From positions 128,340-192,339 of the forward strand of contig JAFGLG010000005.1 of assembly GCA_016928155.1 (NCBI GenBank): a DNA stretch of 64,000 nt, read 5' to 3'. The notes under the pieces are model-generated. The model saw only the letters and a list, made by a program, of their open reading frames with translations. It made no database searches and was not told the origin of the DNA. Within the stretch, counting starts at the first letter, position 1. Each line of letters begins with the position of its first letter. Made by a program: the position numbers and the translations under genes. Shown here piece by piece: positions 51,154 to 60,780 of this stretch. The stretch is from Candidatus Woesearchaeota archaeon (GTDB lineage Archaea; Nanobdellota; Nanobdellia; Woesearchaeales; JAFGLG01).

Positions 51154-51984
51154 ATGAAAGAACGCATCACAGTGACTCTTGAATCTGACATCCTAAGACA
51201 GGTGGATCTCTCTGTCGATGGATATACCATCAAGAACAGGTCTCATGCCATAGAAGTGCTCCTCTGCAAAGCCCTCGGCAAAGACAAGGCAGGAACAGCC
51301 CTCATCCTCGCAGGAGGACGGCTGAACAGGCTGAAAGGAACGCTGACAAACATCTCGCCGGTCATGGCACTGGTCAAGAACAAGCCGATCCTGGAGCACA
51401 ATATAGACCTCCTGAAAAGGTACGGGGTGAAGGAGATGATAATATGGATAAACCCCAGATCCCAGGACGTCAAGGATTATTTCGGCGACGGAAGCAGATT
51501 CGGGGTGAGCATCACTTATCTGGATGAAGGGGAGCCACTCGGCACAGGAGCGCCGCTGAAGAAAGCAAGGCCTTTCCTCAAGGAGACATTCATCGTGTGC
51601 AACGGCGATGAGCTCAAGGATGTCAACATAGACGACCTCATGAGATTCCACAGGGACAAGAAAGCAAATGTCACCTTAGCCCTGACCACTGTACAGGACC
51701 CCAGCAAATACGGGGCCGCAAACCTCCATGGGGACAGGGTGATCGACTTCACAGAGAAGCCGAAAAAGGGCACGCATAGCTCAAACCTGATCAATGCCGG
51801 CATCTACATATGCGAACCAAAGGTGATAGACCTCATACCTGATGGTCATGTCGGCATGGAAAAGGACATATTCCCCCTGATCGCCAAAGACAAAAAGCTT
51901 TTCGGGTTCAGCTTCTGCGGCCAATGGTATGACTGCGGAAACCAGGAAGGATATGAAAAGGCACTCAAAGAATGGAAAGGATGA
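51154..51984 (+). CDS. Sugar-phosphate nucleotidyltransferase fused to an N-terminal ribbon-helix-helix DNA-binding domain.
   Basis: CopG/NikR-like N-terminus (ITVTLESDILRQVDLSV...NRSHAIEVLL), then LAGGRLNRL and a GlmU/RmlA-like fold. Confidence 0.65.
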   Translation: MKERITVTLESDILRQVDLSVDGYTIKNRSHAIEVLLCKALGKDKAGTALILAGGRLNRLKGTLTNISPVMALVKNKPILEHNIDLLKRYGVKEMIIWINPRSQDVKDYFGDGSRFGVSITYLDEGEPLGTGAPLKKARPFLKETFIVCNGDELKDVNIDDLMRFHRDKKANVTLALTTVQDPSKYGAANLHGDRVIDFTEKPKKGTHSSNLINAGIYICEPKVIDLIPDGHVGMEKDIFPLIAKDKKLFGFSFCGQWYDCGNQEGYEKALKEWKG

Positions 51985-51992
51985 ATGCTTCC

Positions 51993-52931
51993 CTACCTGA
52001 AATGATCATAGCCGCGGCCAAACTCCATAATCTTATTATTGTATGAAAGGACACATCCCCCGGATGTTATGACCCCTACAATGAAATATCTGCATCTTAT
52101 CTTACCAAGATTTTTCCGAGGGATAGTGAAGAGCAGCTCATAATCCTCACCGCCGTAAAGAGCCAGCTTATACGGGTCCAGTCCCATCTTCCCAGATACC
52201 CTGATCAGCTCTCCGCTGACAGGAACAAAGGAATGGTATATCCTGCATCCTTTCTTCGAAAGGCGGCAGATATGCCTGAGATCAGTCGCGAGCCCGTCAC
52301 TAAGGTCTATCATTGAGGTGGCAAAAGGAGCGATCTTCCTTGACAAATCCAGCCTGGCCCTTGGTTCAAGATGACGCCTGACAAGCGATGACTTTATCTT
52401 CCTATTTATGCAAAGCCTGCCAGCCTCTGACTCCCCGAGATGGCCTGTCACACAGATAAGGTCTCCGGACCTTGCAGTGCTCCGAAGCGAAATATCCTTC
52501 TTCTTCACAGACCCGGTCATGGCGACATTTATTATCAGTTTCTCAGACTTTGAGGTGTCACCGCCGATGATATCGATCCCGTGCCTCCTGCATGCCAGGC
52601 CCATCCCCTTGTAGATGCTCTTGACATAATCAAGGCCCACTTCAGGAAGCCCTATCGAGACAAGGCAATATTCAGGGGTGCCCCCTATTGCGGCAATATC
52701 AGAAACATTGACTTCGATAGCTTTCATGCCTATCTGCTCAGGAGTGAAATACTTCCTGGAGAAGTGAACATCCTCAATTAGGATATCGGTCGTATACACA
52801 TGGAACTCGCTTTTCCTTGATGACCTCACAACAGCAACATCATCATCAATGCCGACGACAACATCCCTGTTCCTGGGCCTCCTCTTAATGCTCTCCAAAA
52901 GATGGACCTCATCCCTTATCTTGCCGCTCAT
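51993..52931 (-). CDS. thiL: Thiamine-monophosphate kinase (AIR-synthase-related family).
   Basis: PurM-like fold motifs (VGIDDDVAVV, GGDTS), 312 aa, adjacent to thiE. Confidence 0.6.
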   Translation of the reverse strand: MSGKIRDEVHLLESIKRRPRNRDVVVGIDDDVAVVRSSRKSEFHVYTTDILIEDVHFSRKYFTPEQIGMKAIEVNVSDIAAIGGTPEYCLVSIGLPEVGLDYVKSIYKGMGLACRRHGIDIIGGDTSKSEKLIINVAMTGSVKKKDISLRSTARSGDLICVTGHLGESEAGRLCINRKIKSSLVRRHLEPRARLDLSRKIAPFATSMIDLSDGLATDLRHICRLSKKGCRIYHSFVPVSGELIRVSGKMGLDPYKLALYGGEDYELLFTIPRKNLGKIRCRYFIVGVITSGGCVLSYNNKIMEFGRGYDHFR

Positions 52932-52952
52932 CCCAGCAACCCCATTTCCTGT

Positions 52953-53582
52953 TCACCCAATCAGCTCCAGATACTTCCTGATCTGGAAACTTATGTCAGG
53001 CGCATTCAATATCGCAGATATCATGGCCACACTGCTGGCGCCTGCTTCCAGGACACAGGACATGTTCGAATAATCAATGCCGCCAATAGCGACAATCGGC
53101 AGACCAACAGCTGAATGGATCTCCCTTACCAGCCCTATGCCGACAGGAGGACCAGCATCACCTTTGGTTACTGTACCATAGATCGGACCCACCCCAAGAT
53201 AATCAGCGCCACCCTCCTTAGCCGCAAGAGCATGCTTCATCTCGCTGCAGGAAACCCCTAAAATCCTGCCACCGATTATCTCCCTTATCTCATGAAAAGT
53301 CCTGCTGCACAGGTCATTCTGACCAAGATGGACCCCGTCTGCATCAACCTTCTCGCACAACTCAGGATAATCATTGATGATGAAAGTTGCATGATGATCC
53401 CTTGTGAGATGACGCAGCCTAAGAGCTTCAGACTCGAGGTCTTCAGGACTGATATTCTTCGCCCTCAGCTGAATAATCCTGGCGCCGCCCTCAAGCATCC
53501 TCTGGACCTGATCATAGAGGGGCAATGCACAAAATTCAGTGTCAGTTATGCAATAAAGCCTTGCCGGGAAATCAAATTCCAT
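52953..53582 (-). CDS. thiE: Thiamine-phosphate synthase.
   Basis: About 209 aa. ThiE-like (QLRAK..., GADGVHLGQ.D, GADYLGVGPIY). Confidence 0.75.
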   Translation of the reverse strand: MEFDFPARLYCITDTEFCALPLYDQVQRMLEGGARIIQLRAKNISPEDLESEALRLRHLTRDHHATFIINDYPELCEKVDADGVHLGQNDLCSRTFHEIREIIGGRILGVSCSEMKHALAAKEGGADYLGVGPIYGTVTKGDAGPPVGIGLVREIHSAVGLPIVAIGGIDYSNMSCVLEAGASSVAMISAILNAPDISFQIRKYLELIG

Positions 53583-53726
53583 TAGACAACAGAATAGGTG
53601 ATGATTAATAAAAATTATGTATTTTCAATGAATTCTCAATTCTGTAGATACATGGAAATAACGATTTCATGAATAATCTATAATGATTTCATAAATAATA
53701 TAAAGGGCCCTTAGCTCTTTCAATGC

Positions 53727-54710
53727 ATGATATGCCTAGGGATAGAGAGTACAGCACACACATTCGGAGCAGGGATCGTCAAAGGGAAGAAAGTCCTTGC
53801 AAATGCCATGGATTCCTTCACAACAGAGAAAGGCGGCATGATACCCTCAGATGTGGCAGAACACCACATCCAGGCATGTGATGAAGTCATCAATAAAGCA
53901 CTCTCCCAAGCAGGAATCACGCTTGCGGATATTGACCTGATCGCTTATTCAAGAAGCCCGGGAATAGGACATACGCTCAGGATCGGGGCAGTGGCTGCAA
54001 AATCACTGGCAATCCGGCTTGGAGTGCCGATTGTCGGGGTGAACCATTGTGTCGCACATCTAGAGATAGGGAGACTTCTGACAAAGGCTAAGGATCCAGT
54101 GCTGCTGTATGCATCAGGGGCAAATACCCAGGTCATAGCATATGAAGCAGGGAAATACAGGGTATTCGGAGAGACGCTTGACATCGGGATAGGCAATTTG
54201 CTTGATGCATTCGCCAGATCGATGGGGCTCGGATTCCCAGGAGGCAAAAAAATATATGATCTCGGCCTGAAAGGCAAGAACTACATCGAACTGCCCTATA
54301 GAGTCAAGGGCATGGATGTGAGCTTCGGCGGGCTTCTCACAAATGTCAAGCAAAAAGCAAAATCAGGAGAGCACAAGATAGAAGACATCTGCTACAGCCT
54401 GCAGGAGACAGTGTATGCAATGCTTGTCGAGGTGAGCGAGAGGGCTATGGCCCATACAGGCAAACAAGAACTGCTCCTCGGCGGAGGAGTGGCGTGCAAC
54501 AAACGTCTCCAGGATATGGCGCAGAAGATGTGCAAGGAAAGGGGAGCCATATGCTTTGTGCTCGATAACCAATTCAATGTAGATAATGGGGCGATGATAG
54601 CCTGGCTAGGCATGCTCGAGCATGAAGCAGGGAATTCCAATATGGATCATGGCTCATGGGGGATAGACCCTTATGAAAGGACTGATGACATCAAAGTCAA
54701 CTGGCGATAG
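53727..54710 (+). CDS. kae1: Kae1/TsaD, tRNA N6-threonylcarbamoyladenosine synthase.
   Basis: N-terminus ICLGIESTAHTFGAGIV. HCVAHLEIG metal-binding motif. GGVACN. Confidence 0.85.
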   Translation: MICLGIESTAHTFGAGIVKGKKVLANAMDSFTTEKGGMIPSDVAEHHIQACDEVINKALSQAGITLADIDLIAYSRSPGIGHTLRIGAVAAKSLAIRLGVPIVGVNHCVAHLEIGRLLTKAKDPVLLYASGANTQVIAYEAGKYRVFGETLDIGIGNLLDAFARSMGLGFPGGKKIYDLGLKGKNYIELPYRVKGMDVSFGGLLTNVKQKAKSGEHKIEDICYSLQETVYAMLVEVSERAMAHTGKQELLLGGGVACNKRLQDMAQKMCKERGAICFVLDNQFNVDNGAMIAWLGMLEHEAGNSNMDHGSWGIDPYERTDDIKVNWR

Positions 54711-55218
54711 AATCCAGGAACTTCGTCTTCTCGATTATCAATGCAATAGCGATGACAAAAGGCACAGAGACAATGAGCCTTAACAGGAGGAACCTGAATC
54801 CGAGGAATGAGAGCTCGAATATCTCCTCCACAAACTTGAAAGTGGACCAGGCACCGATGAACAATGCGACATTCAGGAGCCTGGCACCTTTCTTCCTCAT
54901 GGCAGCTGCCAAGGGAAAAGCCAGGTAAAGAGGTCCGAGCATGACAGTGCCAAGCATGAAGCTCAGGACAGCCCCTTTCACTCCAGAAGCCTTCCCCAGG
55001 CGCTTGACAACAGCTTCCTTAGGGACCCATACCTCAAAAAGGCCCATCAGGATGAAAAATCCTGGGAGAAAATACAATATCATTAGAAGATGGCTGAAAT
55101 CCGCCTCCAGAATCATGCTCCTGTAAAAATCAGGCCACTTCAGCATTGTCACAAGCATGACTGCAATTATCATGGTCAGAATTGCCTTGTGATGGTGGTT
55201 CTTCATCCTATGGATCAA
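54697..55218 (-). CDS. Hypothetical integral membrane protein.
   Basis: Multi-transmembrane ORF overlapping the neighbouring membrane-protein gene by 4 nt. Confidence 0.4.
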   Translation of the reverse strand: MIHRMKNHHHKAILTMIIAVMLVTMLKWPDFYRSMILEADFSHLLMILYFLPGFFILMGLFEVWVPKEAVVKRLGKASGVKGAVLSFMLGTVMLGPLYLAFPLAAAMRKKGARLLNVALFIGAWSTFKFVEEIFELSFLGFRFLLLRLIVSVPFVIAIALIIEKTKFLDSIAS

Positions 55219-55700
55219 TATACCACCCCGATAATCGCACCTACTAATATAGCAGCCACGAGGCCAAGGCTGTTCCTCACAAGAGCGAAACGCCAGCCCA
55301 TCTCCTTGATCTCTATAGGGAGACTGAAAGAGTGCACCATTATCAGGCTTGTTATCAGAACACCGATAAAACCAGGGTTGACACCGCTTGAAAGGAGCTG
55401 GCCTGCAATCGGGAATGTGATGAATTCTGGGATATGCACAATGGCACCCAGCAAAGCAGCGAGGACATAGCCCTTCAGGCCGGGATTGGCAGAAATTTCA
55501 GTAATAATGCCTTCATAAGAAAACAGCTTCTGGATGAACAATAGGACAAGTATCACTATTATCAGCAGAGGGAATATCTTCTGGAAAGATCTCCAGGCCA
55601 GGCGCAGTGACTCATTTGTCTTATTATTATCACGCCTGAAGAAGCAAACAAGCACTGTAAAGACAACAATATTAAAAATTATCGGCACAATCATCGTCAA
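55215..55700 (-). CDS. Hypothetical integral membrane protein.
   Basis: Multi-transmembrane ORF; probably forms a two-part permease with 54697..55218. Confidence 0.4.
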   Translation of the reverse strand: MTMIVPIIFNIVVFTVLVCFFRRDNNKTNESLRLAWRSFQKIFPLLIIVILVLLFIQKLFSYEGIITEISANPGLKGYVLAALLGAIVHIPEFITFPIAGQLLSSGVNPGFIGVLITSLIMVHSFSLPIEIKEMGWRFALVRNSLGLVAAILVGAIIGVVY

Positions 55701-55740
55701 CTAAAACAAATATGTGTTTAAAAAGTTTATCTAATGCTCT

Positions 55741-55810
55741 GAGGAAGAGAAAGAGAGAAAAATAAAGCGAAAGAGAGAAAGAAATGAAGAGAAAGAGATA
55801 GAGAGAATAA
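55741..55810. repeat. Polypurine GA-rich tract (GAGAGAAAAATAAAGCGAAAGAGAGAAAG...).
   Basis: Seen directly. Resembles the reverse complement of the TC-rich tract at 18470-18560. Confidence 0.6.
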
Positions 55811-55846
55811 TCCACATCTCCAAAACCAGATAAGCCAAAAACCGGA

Positions 55847-56602
55847 TCAGGACTTAAGCAGATAAGAAATGGTGTATCTCCTGTCAATGCTCAATACATC
55901 CTGCGGAACCCTGAATGAGGCCTTCATCTTATCCAAGACCACATTGAACACAACATAAGAACCTGTGATGCCCAAAGTGAATGCGAGGCGCTCAATGACA
56001 ACAACAGGGATAAGCATCAGCCACTGCTCAGGTGCCATAGGCACAGCATACATCCAGGCAGCGCTCCCGACTGCGTGGGCAGTGAAAGTCGATCCCAGGC
56101 TCTTCAGCAGAAGGTTGTCAGAATACCTCTTTGGGAGGATCTTGACAATGACTGGGATCCACCAGAACATCGCATAAAGCCATGCAGCCCTCCCTGTCGG
56201 GTTAGCGATGAACAGAGCCATGCAGACAAGAGGGACAGCAATGCCGATGTATCTTCTCTTTGAACCAAAATATATCGCTGCAAATACCATGGGGGTCAGC
56301 CTAATCATGTTTATCAGGGTGAATGCCTTGCCGAATATCAGGTAATCGGCAATCTGCGCCCCAAGAACAGATATCGCACCAAAAACAGGGCCTAGAAAAG
56401 CTCCTGCAATAGGACCGAAAAACTGGAAAAGAGTGAAGTACTGGGCTTCTGATCCTATCACGCTTGAGAAATTGAGCCTGTTCGCAACAAACACCACTGC
56501 AATGAACAGCCCGAGGAATGCAATCCTTTTGACACTGAAGATCTCCTGAATTTTCATGATACAAGTGAATCTTAAGGCATCATATAAAAAGTTTTCTGGC
56601 AT
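55847..56602 (-). CDS. Hypothetical integral membrane protein of 251 aa.
   Basis: About 6-7 predicted transmembrane helices. Confidence 0.45.
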   Translation of the reverse strand: MPENFLYDALRFTCIMKIQEIFSVKRIAFLGLFIAVVFVANRLNFSSVIGSEAQYFTLFQFFGPIAGAFLGPVFGAISVLGAQIADYLIFGKAFTLINMIRLTPMVFAAIYFGSKRRYIGIAVPLVCMALFIANPTGRAAWLYAMFWWIPVIVKILPKRYSDNLLLKSLGSTFTAHAVGSAAWMYAVPMAPEQWLMLIPVVVIERLAFTLGITGSYVVFNVVLDKMKASFRVPQDVLSIDRRYTISYLLKS

Positions 56603-56658
56603 TAAACAGCATGATCATGAGTAGAATTTGTATTCCTGCAGTGATGAATCTTATCAAT

Positions 56659-56817
56659 TCACTTTGTGTGCGACTTCCTGAACTTCTTCTCTAATTCAGG
56701 AGGGAACTCATTCAGGATAAGACCGCACTCCCTGCATACCAGCTCATCATCCTTCTTGCTGTAAGCCACATCAGGGCTGCCGCAATCAGGGCATTCCTTA
56801 AGATCTGAAAGCTTCAT
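56659..56817 (-). CDS. Small protein with a TFIIB-type zinc ribbon (52 aa).
   Basis: MKLSDLKECPDCGSPDVAYSKKDDELVCRECGLIL. Below the ORF-track length cutoff. Confidence 0.4.
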   Translation of the reverse strand: MKLSDLKECPDCGSPDVAYSKKDDELVCRECGLILNEFPPELEKKFRKSHTK

Positions 56818-56921
56818 ATCAGGCCAGAAATCGGATTGTCAATATAAATATTTTGCTGTGAGAGCCCTGAACAATTAAGGATGTGCTAGAAATGTGAGAA
56901 TGAGCTATTCCAGACAGGAAG

Positions 56922-59048
56922 TTATTTTGCTGTTTTTCTTGCTTCGATTATCTGATCAAGGATCTTCTGCCTGCCTCTCCACTCAAGGGCCTGCTCGAGG
57001 ACTTCGCTCAGTGTGTCAACAGGTATGATCGTTATTTTCTTCAGCGTCTCTGCTTCAAGCACAATATCCTTCATATTGGACCTTGGCACAATCACATTCC
57101 TGATGCCTGCCTCAGCAACTGCCTCAACCTTGGATGAGACACCCCCGACAGGAAGGACTTCCCCCCTCACAGAAAGGGAGCCTGTCATCGCAAAATTCTG
57201 CTTCACAGGGATCCCCTTAAGGGCGCTGATCACTGCTGTGGCGACAGCTATAGATGCAGAATCCCCTTCAACACCCTCATAGGTCTGGAGGAACTGGACA
57301 TATATATCATACTTGCCCTTGATGTCCTCGCCGAAATACCTCTTCACGATAGCAGAGACATTCTTCACAGCCTCCTTTGCAATTGTCCCCAGCTTGCCGG
57401 TCGCAATGAACTGGTTCTCCTTGCCGCCGAAAGTCACCTGGGCCTCGATAGGGAGTATTATCCCAGACAGGGCGCTTCCGCTTCCCATGACAGCCAGTCC
57501 GTTAACCCTCCCGACTGTCCTGCCTCTTATCTTGATGACCTCATAATCCTTCTTGCGCTCTATGTACTTGTCAGCTATCTGCTGTTCGAGCGTCCTGGCA
57601 ATCTTCAAAGCTTCCAGGATATGCTTCCTCTCGACAATCTGGGCATTCTTCTCAACAGCCAGGTCACCTGCAGCCCTGACCAACCCACCGAGCTCTCTCA
57701 GCCTCAATGTGAGATGCCCTTTCCTGTTAGCCATCTTCCTCGCCTCATTGAGTATCTGCGAGACAGCCTCTCTCGAGAAATGAGGTATCTTCTTGTCCTT
57801 GTCGACCTCCTGGGCAACAAAGACTGCAATCTTCCTCCTGTTCTCAGGCGTATCAGGAAGCGTCTCATTCATGTAGACCTCATAGCCATAGCCCCTTATC
57901 CTTGACCTGAGCGCAGGGTGCATATGCTTGACTGTCTCAAGATTTCCTGCTGCGACAAGGATGAACCTGCACGGCACAGGCTCTGTCCTGACCATGGCGC
58001 CTGCACTGCGCTCGCTCTGCCCGGTTATCGAATATTTCCCCTCCTGCAGGGAGGTCAGCAGCTCCTGCTGGGTATGAGGCTGGAGAGTCGCTATCTCATC
58101 TATGAAAAGGACACCCATGTGGGCCTTATGTATCATCCCGGCGACAACCCTCTCATGCGCAGGAGTCCCGAGACCGCCGCTCTGGAAAGGATCGTGGAGA
58201 ACATCTCCGAGCAGGGCTCCGGCATGAGCGCCAGTGGCATCCATGAAAGGGGCCTGCTCCTTATTGAAATTATCCACAATGACTTTAGGGACAAGAGTCT
58301 TGGTGTTCATCTTCTTGCCGATGTTCATTATCATTATTATGCCGATGAGGAACATCATGGAGGCGATGAGAGAAGCGGCATAGACGACATCAGGGAGATA
58401 TCCTGTACGCCATGCCCACCAGGGAAGCAGTGAGAACACAACCAAGAGAACAAAAAGGATCACGTTCTGGTTGCGCATGAGCCCCATCGATGAATACCTT
58501 GCCTGATTGACAATCTCCCTGCCCTGGCCAGCAGCGACAGTCCTTATCAAAGGCTGGTTCTCATCATTGGGATTCGGGAAGGAGACTATGTCCATGAGCT
58601 TCTCCTTGGGAAGCAGCTCTGCGAGGGCCAAACCAAGCATGCTCTTCCCTGTCCCAGGCTCGCCTATAAGAAGGACATGCCTCCTCTGGTTTGCGACCTT
58701 CTTTATGACCCTGACAGCCTCATCCTGGCCGATCACCTGGCCTATCATGGTCTTGGAAAGCTCAATATCCTTGGTTGTCTGGAACTCAATGCCTAGGTCA
58801 GACTCATCCACAATCTCATACACCTTGCCATCCTGCGGCAGTGCCTTGTCAGATGCAGCACCCTTGGAAACAACATTCTTGGATTTGGGATCCTTGAACT
58901 TACCACCCTTGGACTTTCCATCCTTGGGCTTACTATCCTTGGTTTTGACATTCCTGGATCCCTGCTTTGCCTTACGGACTGAAGATTTTACAGGCTTCCT
59001 TGAGACATTCTTAGAATCCTTTCCCTTGACAATTTTGCCTGCCATCAC
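56922..59048 (-). CDS. lonB: Archaeal membrane-bound Lon protease (LonB) with a Lys-rich N-terminal extension of about 70 aa.
   Basis: AAA+ Walker A LLIGEPGTGKSMLG. Two transmembrane helices inserted in the ATPase domain. C-terminal Lon protease domain (GDSASIA..., catalytic Ser/Lys region). Confidence 0.85.
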   Translation of the reverse strand: MMAGKIVKGKDSKNVSRKPVKSSVRKAKQGSRNVKTKDSKPKDGKSKGGKFKDPKSKNVVSKGAASDKALPQDGKVYEIVDESDLGIEFQTTKDIELSKTMIGQVIGQDEAVRVIKKVANQRRHVLLIGEPGTGKSMLGLALAELLPKEKLMDIVSFPNPNDENQPLIRTVAAGQGREIVNQARYSSMGLMRNQNVILFVLLVVFSLLPWWAWRTGYLPDVVYAASLIASMMFLIGIIMIMNIGKKMNTKTLVPKVIVDNFNKEQAPFMDATGAHAGALLGDVLHDPFQSGGLGTPAHERVVAGMIHKAHMGVLFIDEIATLQPHTQQELLTSLQEGKYSITGQSERSAGAMVRTEPVPCRFILVAAGNLETVKHMHPALRSRIRGYGYEVYMNETLPDTPENRRKIAVFVAQEVDKDKKIPHFSREAVSQILNEARKMANRKGHLTLRLRELGGLVRAAGDLAVEKNAQIVERKHILEALKIARTLEQQIADKYIERKKDYEVIKIRGRTVGRVNGLAVMGSGSALSGIILPIEAQVTFGGKENQFIATGKLGTIAKEAVKNVSAIVKRYFGEDIKGKYDIYVQFLQTYEGVEGDSASIAVATAVISALKGIPVKQNFAMTGSLSVRGEVLPVGGVSSKVEAVAEAGIRNVIVPRSNMKDIVLEAETLKKITIIPVDTLSEVLEQALEWRGRQKILDQIIEARKTAK

Positions 59049-59190
59049 CCTGCGAACGAGAGGTGCATTTTTAAATTTTATGCAGAATAAGTCAAGAGAA
59101 CAGCGAAAAAACAGAGCAAAAATGCAATATTTCCGGGTTTTCCTGAAAAACGTTTATATTGCAGGATAACCCCCATATTCCGGGATTGAT

Positions 59191-59541
59191 ATGGATGAGA
59201 AACTGCTGCTGAAAGGTGCATTGATCGGAAGCATCATAGGACTTATAGGGCTGCTTGTGACAGGAGCCACAAGCGAGAGCATAAAGGACTATGAAAACAA
59301 GGAAATGCTGGATTATGGAAGCGAAATGAGAGCAGAAGGAGTCATAGATTCAATAAGCTCAAACGGCAACATGAGCTTCATAACACTCAAAAGAGAGACT
59401 GAACTCGGGATAATACTGTTTGACAGCTATCCCCTGCCATTAGAAAAAGGGGACAGGATCGAGATAAGGGGCACATTGGATGAATACAATGGCGAAGATG
59501 AGCTGATAGCGAGCGAGATAAGGCTGATATCAAGGCAGTAA
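59191..59541 (+). CDS. Membrane-anchored OB-fold protein (BOF/tRNA_anti-like).
   Basis: N-terminal transmembrane segment. C-terminal EGVIDSISSNGNMSFITLK...GDRIEIRGTLDEYNGEDELIASEIRLI. Confidence 0.45.
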   Translation: MDEKLLLKGALIGSIIGLIGLLVTGATSESIKDYENKEMLDYGSEMRAEGVIDSISSNGNMSFITLKRETELGIILFDSYPLPLEKGDRIEIRGTLDEYNGEDELIASEIRLISRQ

Positions 59542-59595
59542 CATCAGCATAATCAGGCAACAAACTATATAAATAAACATATCTCAACATGAACC

Positions 59596-60777
59596 ATGAA
59601 CCCGCAGCACAGAAAGACAGAGCATAAGTTATCAATGCCCATAATCTCTCTCTTGATATTCTTCTCACTGGCAATTCAGGCATCCGGCGGGATCTCAATA
59701 CAGTATGAATGCTATGAAAACAGGTGCACAGCCAATGATTTCATAAAATGGGAAGTGAATTTCGTCAATGATGCTGAAGTCGGATTCACCATCAAGAGCA
59801 TCCAGCTCGTGAACTCTAAGGATGCAGTTATTGCGCAGAAGATAGGAATAAACAGATTCCTGAATCCCGAGGAAAGCATATTATCATCATTCTCAGGCAC
59901 AGTGCCTGCGCCAGACCAGGGCGACAAAGTGCTCTACAAGCCCTGCCTAGTCATAGAGATAGACGAGACAGAGAGCACCCTCTGCGCGCCAGAATACCTC
60001 AACCTCACTGTCGAGGAATTCGAAGGGGAATGCATGCTCGACACTGACTGCGAATATGGGTATGAATGCGTGGACAATACCTGCCAGGCAAGCGGGTGCG
60101 GATACTGCCAGTATTATCTCAATGGAAAATGCTTCGAATATGACTGCTGCAAGGATTCAGAATGCCTTTATGATGAGGTATGCGATGAGCACAGATGCCA
60201 GAAGCTGTCCTGCGGCACACTGGAACACCCGGAAGACCACGGATGCGTATCAGGATGCAGGACTGATGAATACCTGTCAAACGGCGAGTGCGTCAGGCTC
60301 GAATGCAGCTATGACGAGAGGGCAGAGAACCATTTCTGCATGCCCCTGAACTGCGGCGATGATGAGTATGCGAGCAACCATGAGTGCATCAAGCTGCAAT
60401 GCGCGCCGGATGAGTATGCATCAGGGCACAGATGCATCAAGCTGCAATGCGCAGACGATGAGCTTGCGACAGAAGGAGGATGCGTCAAGCTCCAATGCGA
60501 TGATGACGAGTATGTGTTCAATCACGAGTGCAAGAAGCTCATATGCGCATATGATGAATTCATATCAAACCACAAATGCGTGAAGCTGAACTGCGCAGAG
60601 GATGAGAAAGCAGAGCATCACACATGCGTCAAGCTCAACTGCGGAGCCCTCCAGAAAACAGTGAACCACCAGTGCACAGGCGGCGGCCTGCTGGTCTTTG
60701 TGCTGCTCGGCCTGTTCATAGGGGCTGTCCTGATAATATTCGTGGCATTCCTTCTCTCAAACATGAGCAGGGTCTGA
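59596..60777 (+). CDS. Cys-rich repeat surface protein with a signal peptide, about eight tandem 13-aa repeats (DEYxSNHxCxKLxC) and a C-terminal transmembrane anchor.
   Basis: The 39-nt periodicity is visible in the DNA at 60290-60650. The C-terminal hydrophobic helix is LLVFVLLGLFIGAVLIIFVAFLL. Confidence 0.6.
   Translation: MNPQHRKTEHKLSMPIISLLIFFSLAIQASGGISIQYECYENRCTANDFIKWEVNFVNDAEVGFTIKSIQLVNSKDAVIAQKIGINRFLNPEESILSSFSGTVPAPDQGDKVLYKPCLVIEIDETESTLCAPEYLNLTVEEFEGECMLDTDCEYGYECVDNTCQASGCGYCQYYLNGKCFEYDCCKDSECLYDEVCDEHRCQKLSCGTLEHPEDHGCVSGCRTDEYLSNGECVRLECSYDERAENHFCMPLNCGDDEYASNHECIKLQCAPDEYASGHRCIKLQCADDELATEGGCVKLQCDDDEYVFNHECKKLICAYDEFISNHKCVKLNCAEDEKAEHHTCVKLNCGALQKTVNHQCTGGGLLVFVLLGLFIGAVLIIFVAFLLSNMSRV
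60290..60650 (+). repeat. Tandem 39-nt coding repeats.
   Basis: Repeated ...gatgagtatgc..aaccatgagtgcatcaagctgcaatgcgc... units inside the CDS. Confidence 0.7.
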
Positions 60778-60780
60778 TCC

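Noticed and set aside
53583-53726. Possible TPP riboswitch upstream of the divergent thiE gene.
   Set aside because: Neither strand of the intergenic region contains the conserved CUGAGA / ACCUGAUC-like TPP aptamer motifs. There are only AT-rich direct repeats (GATTTCATGAATAAT / GATTTCATAAATAAT), consistent with a promoter region.
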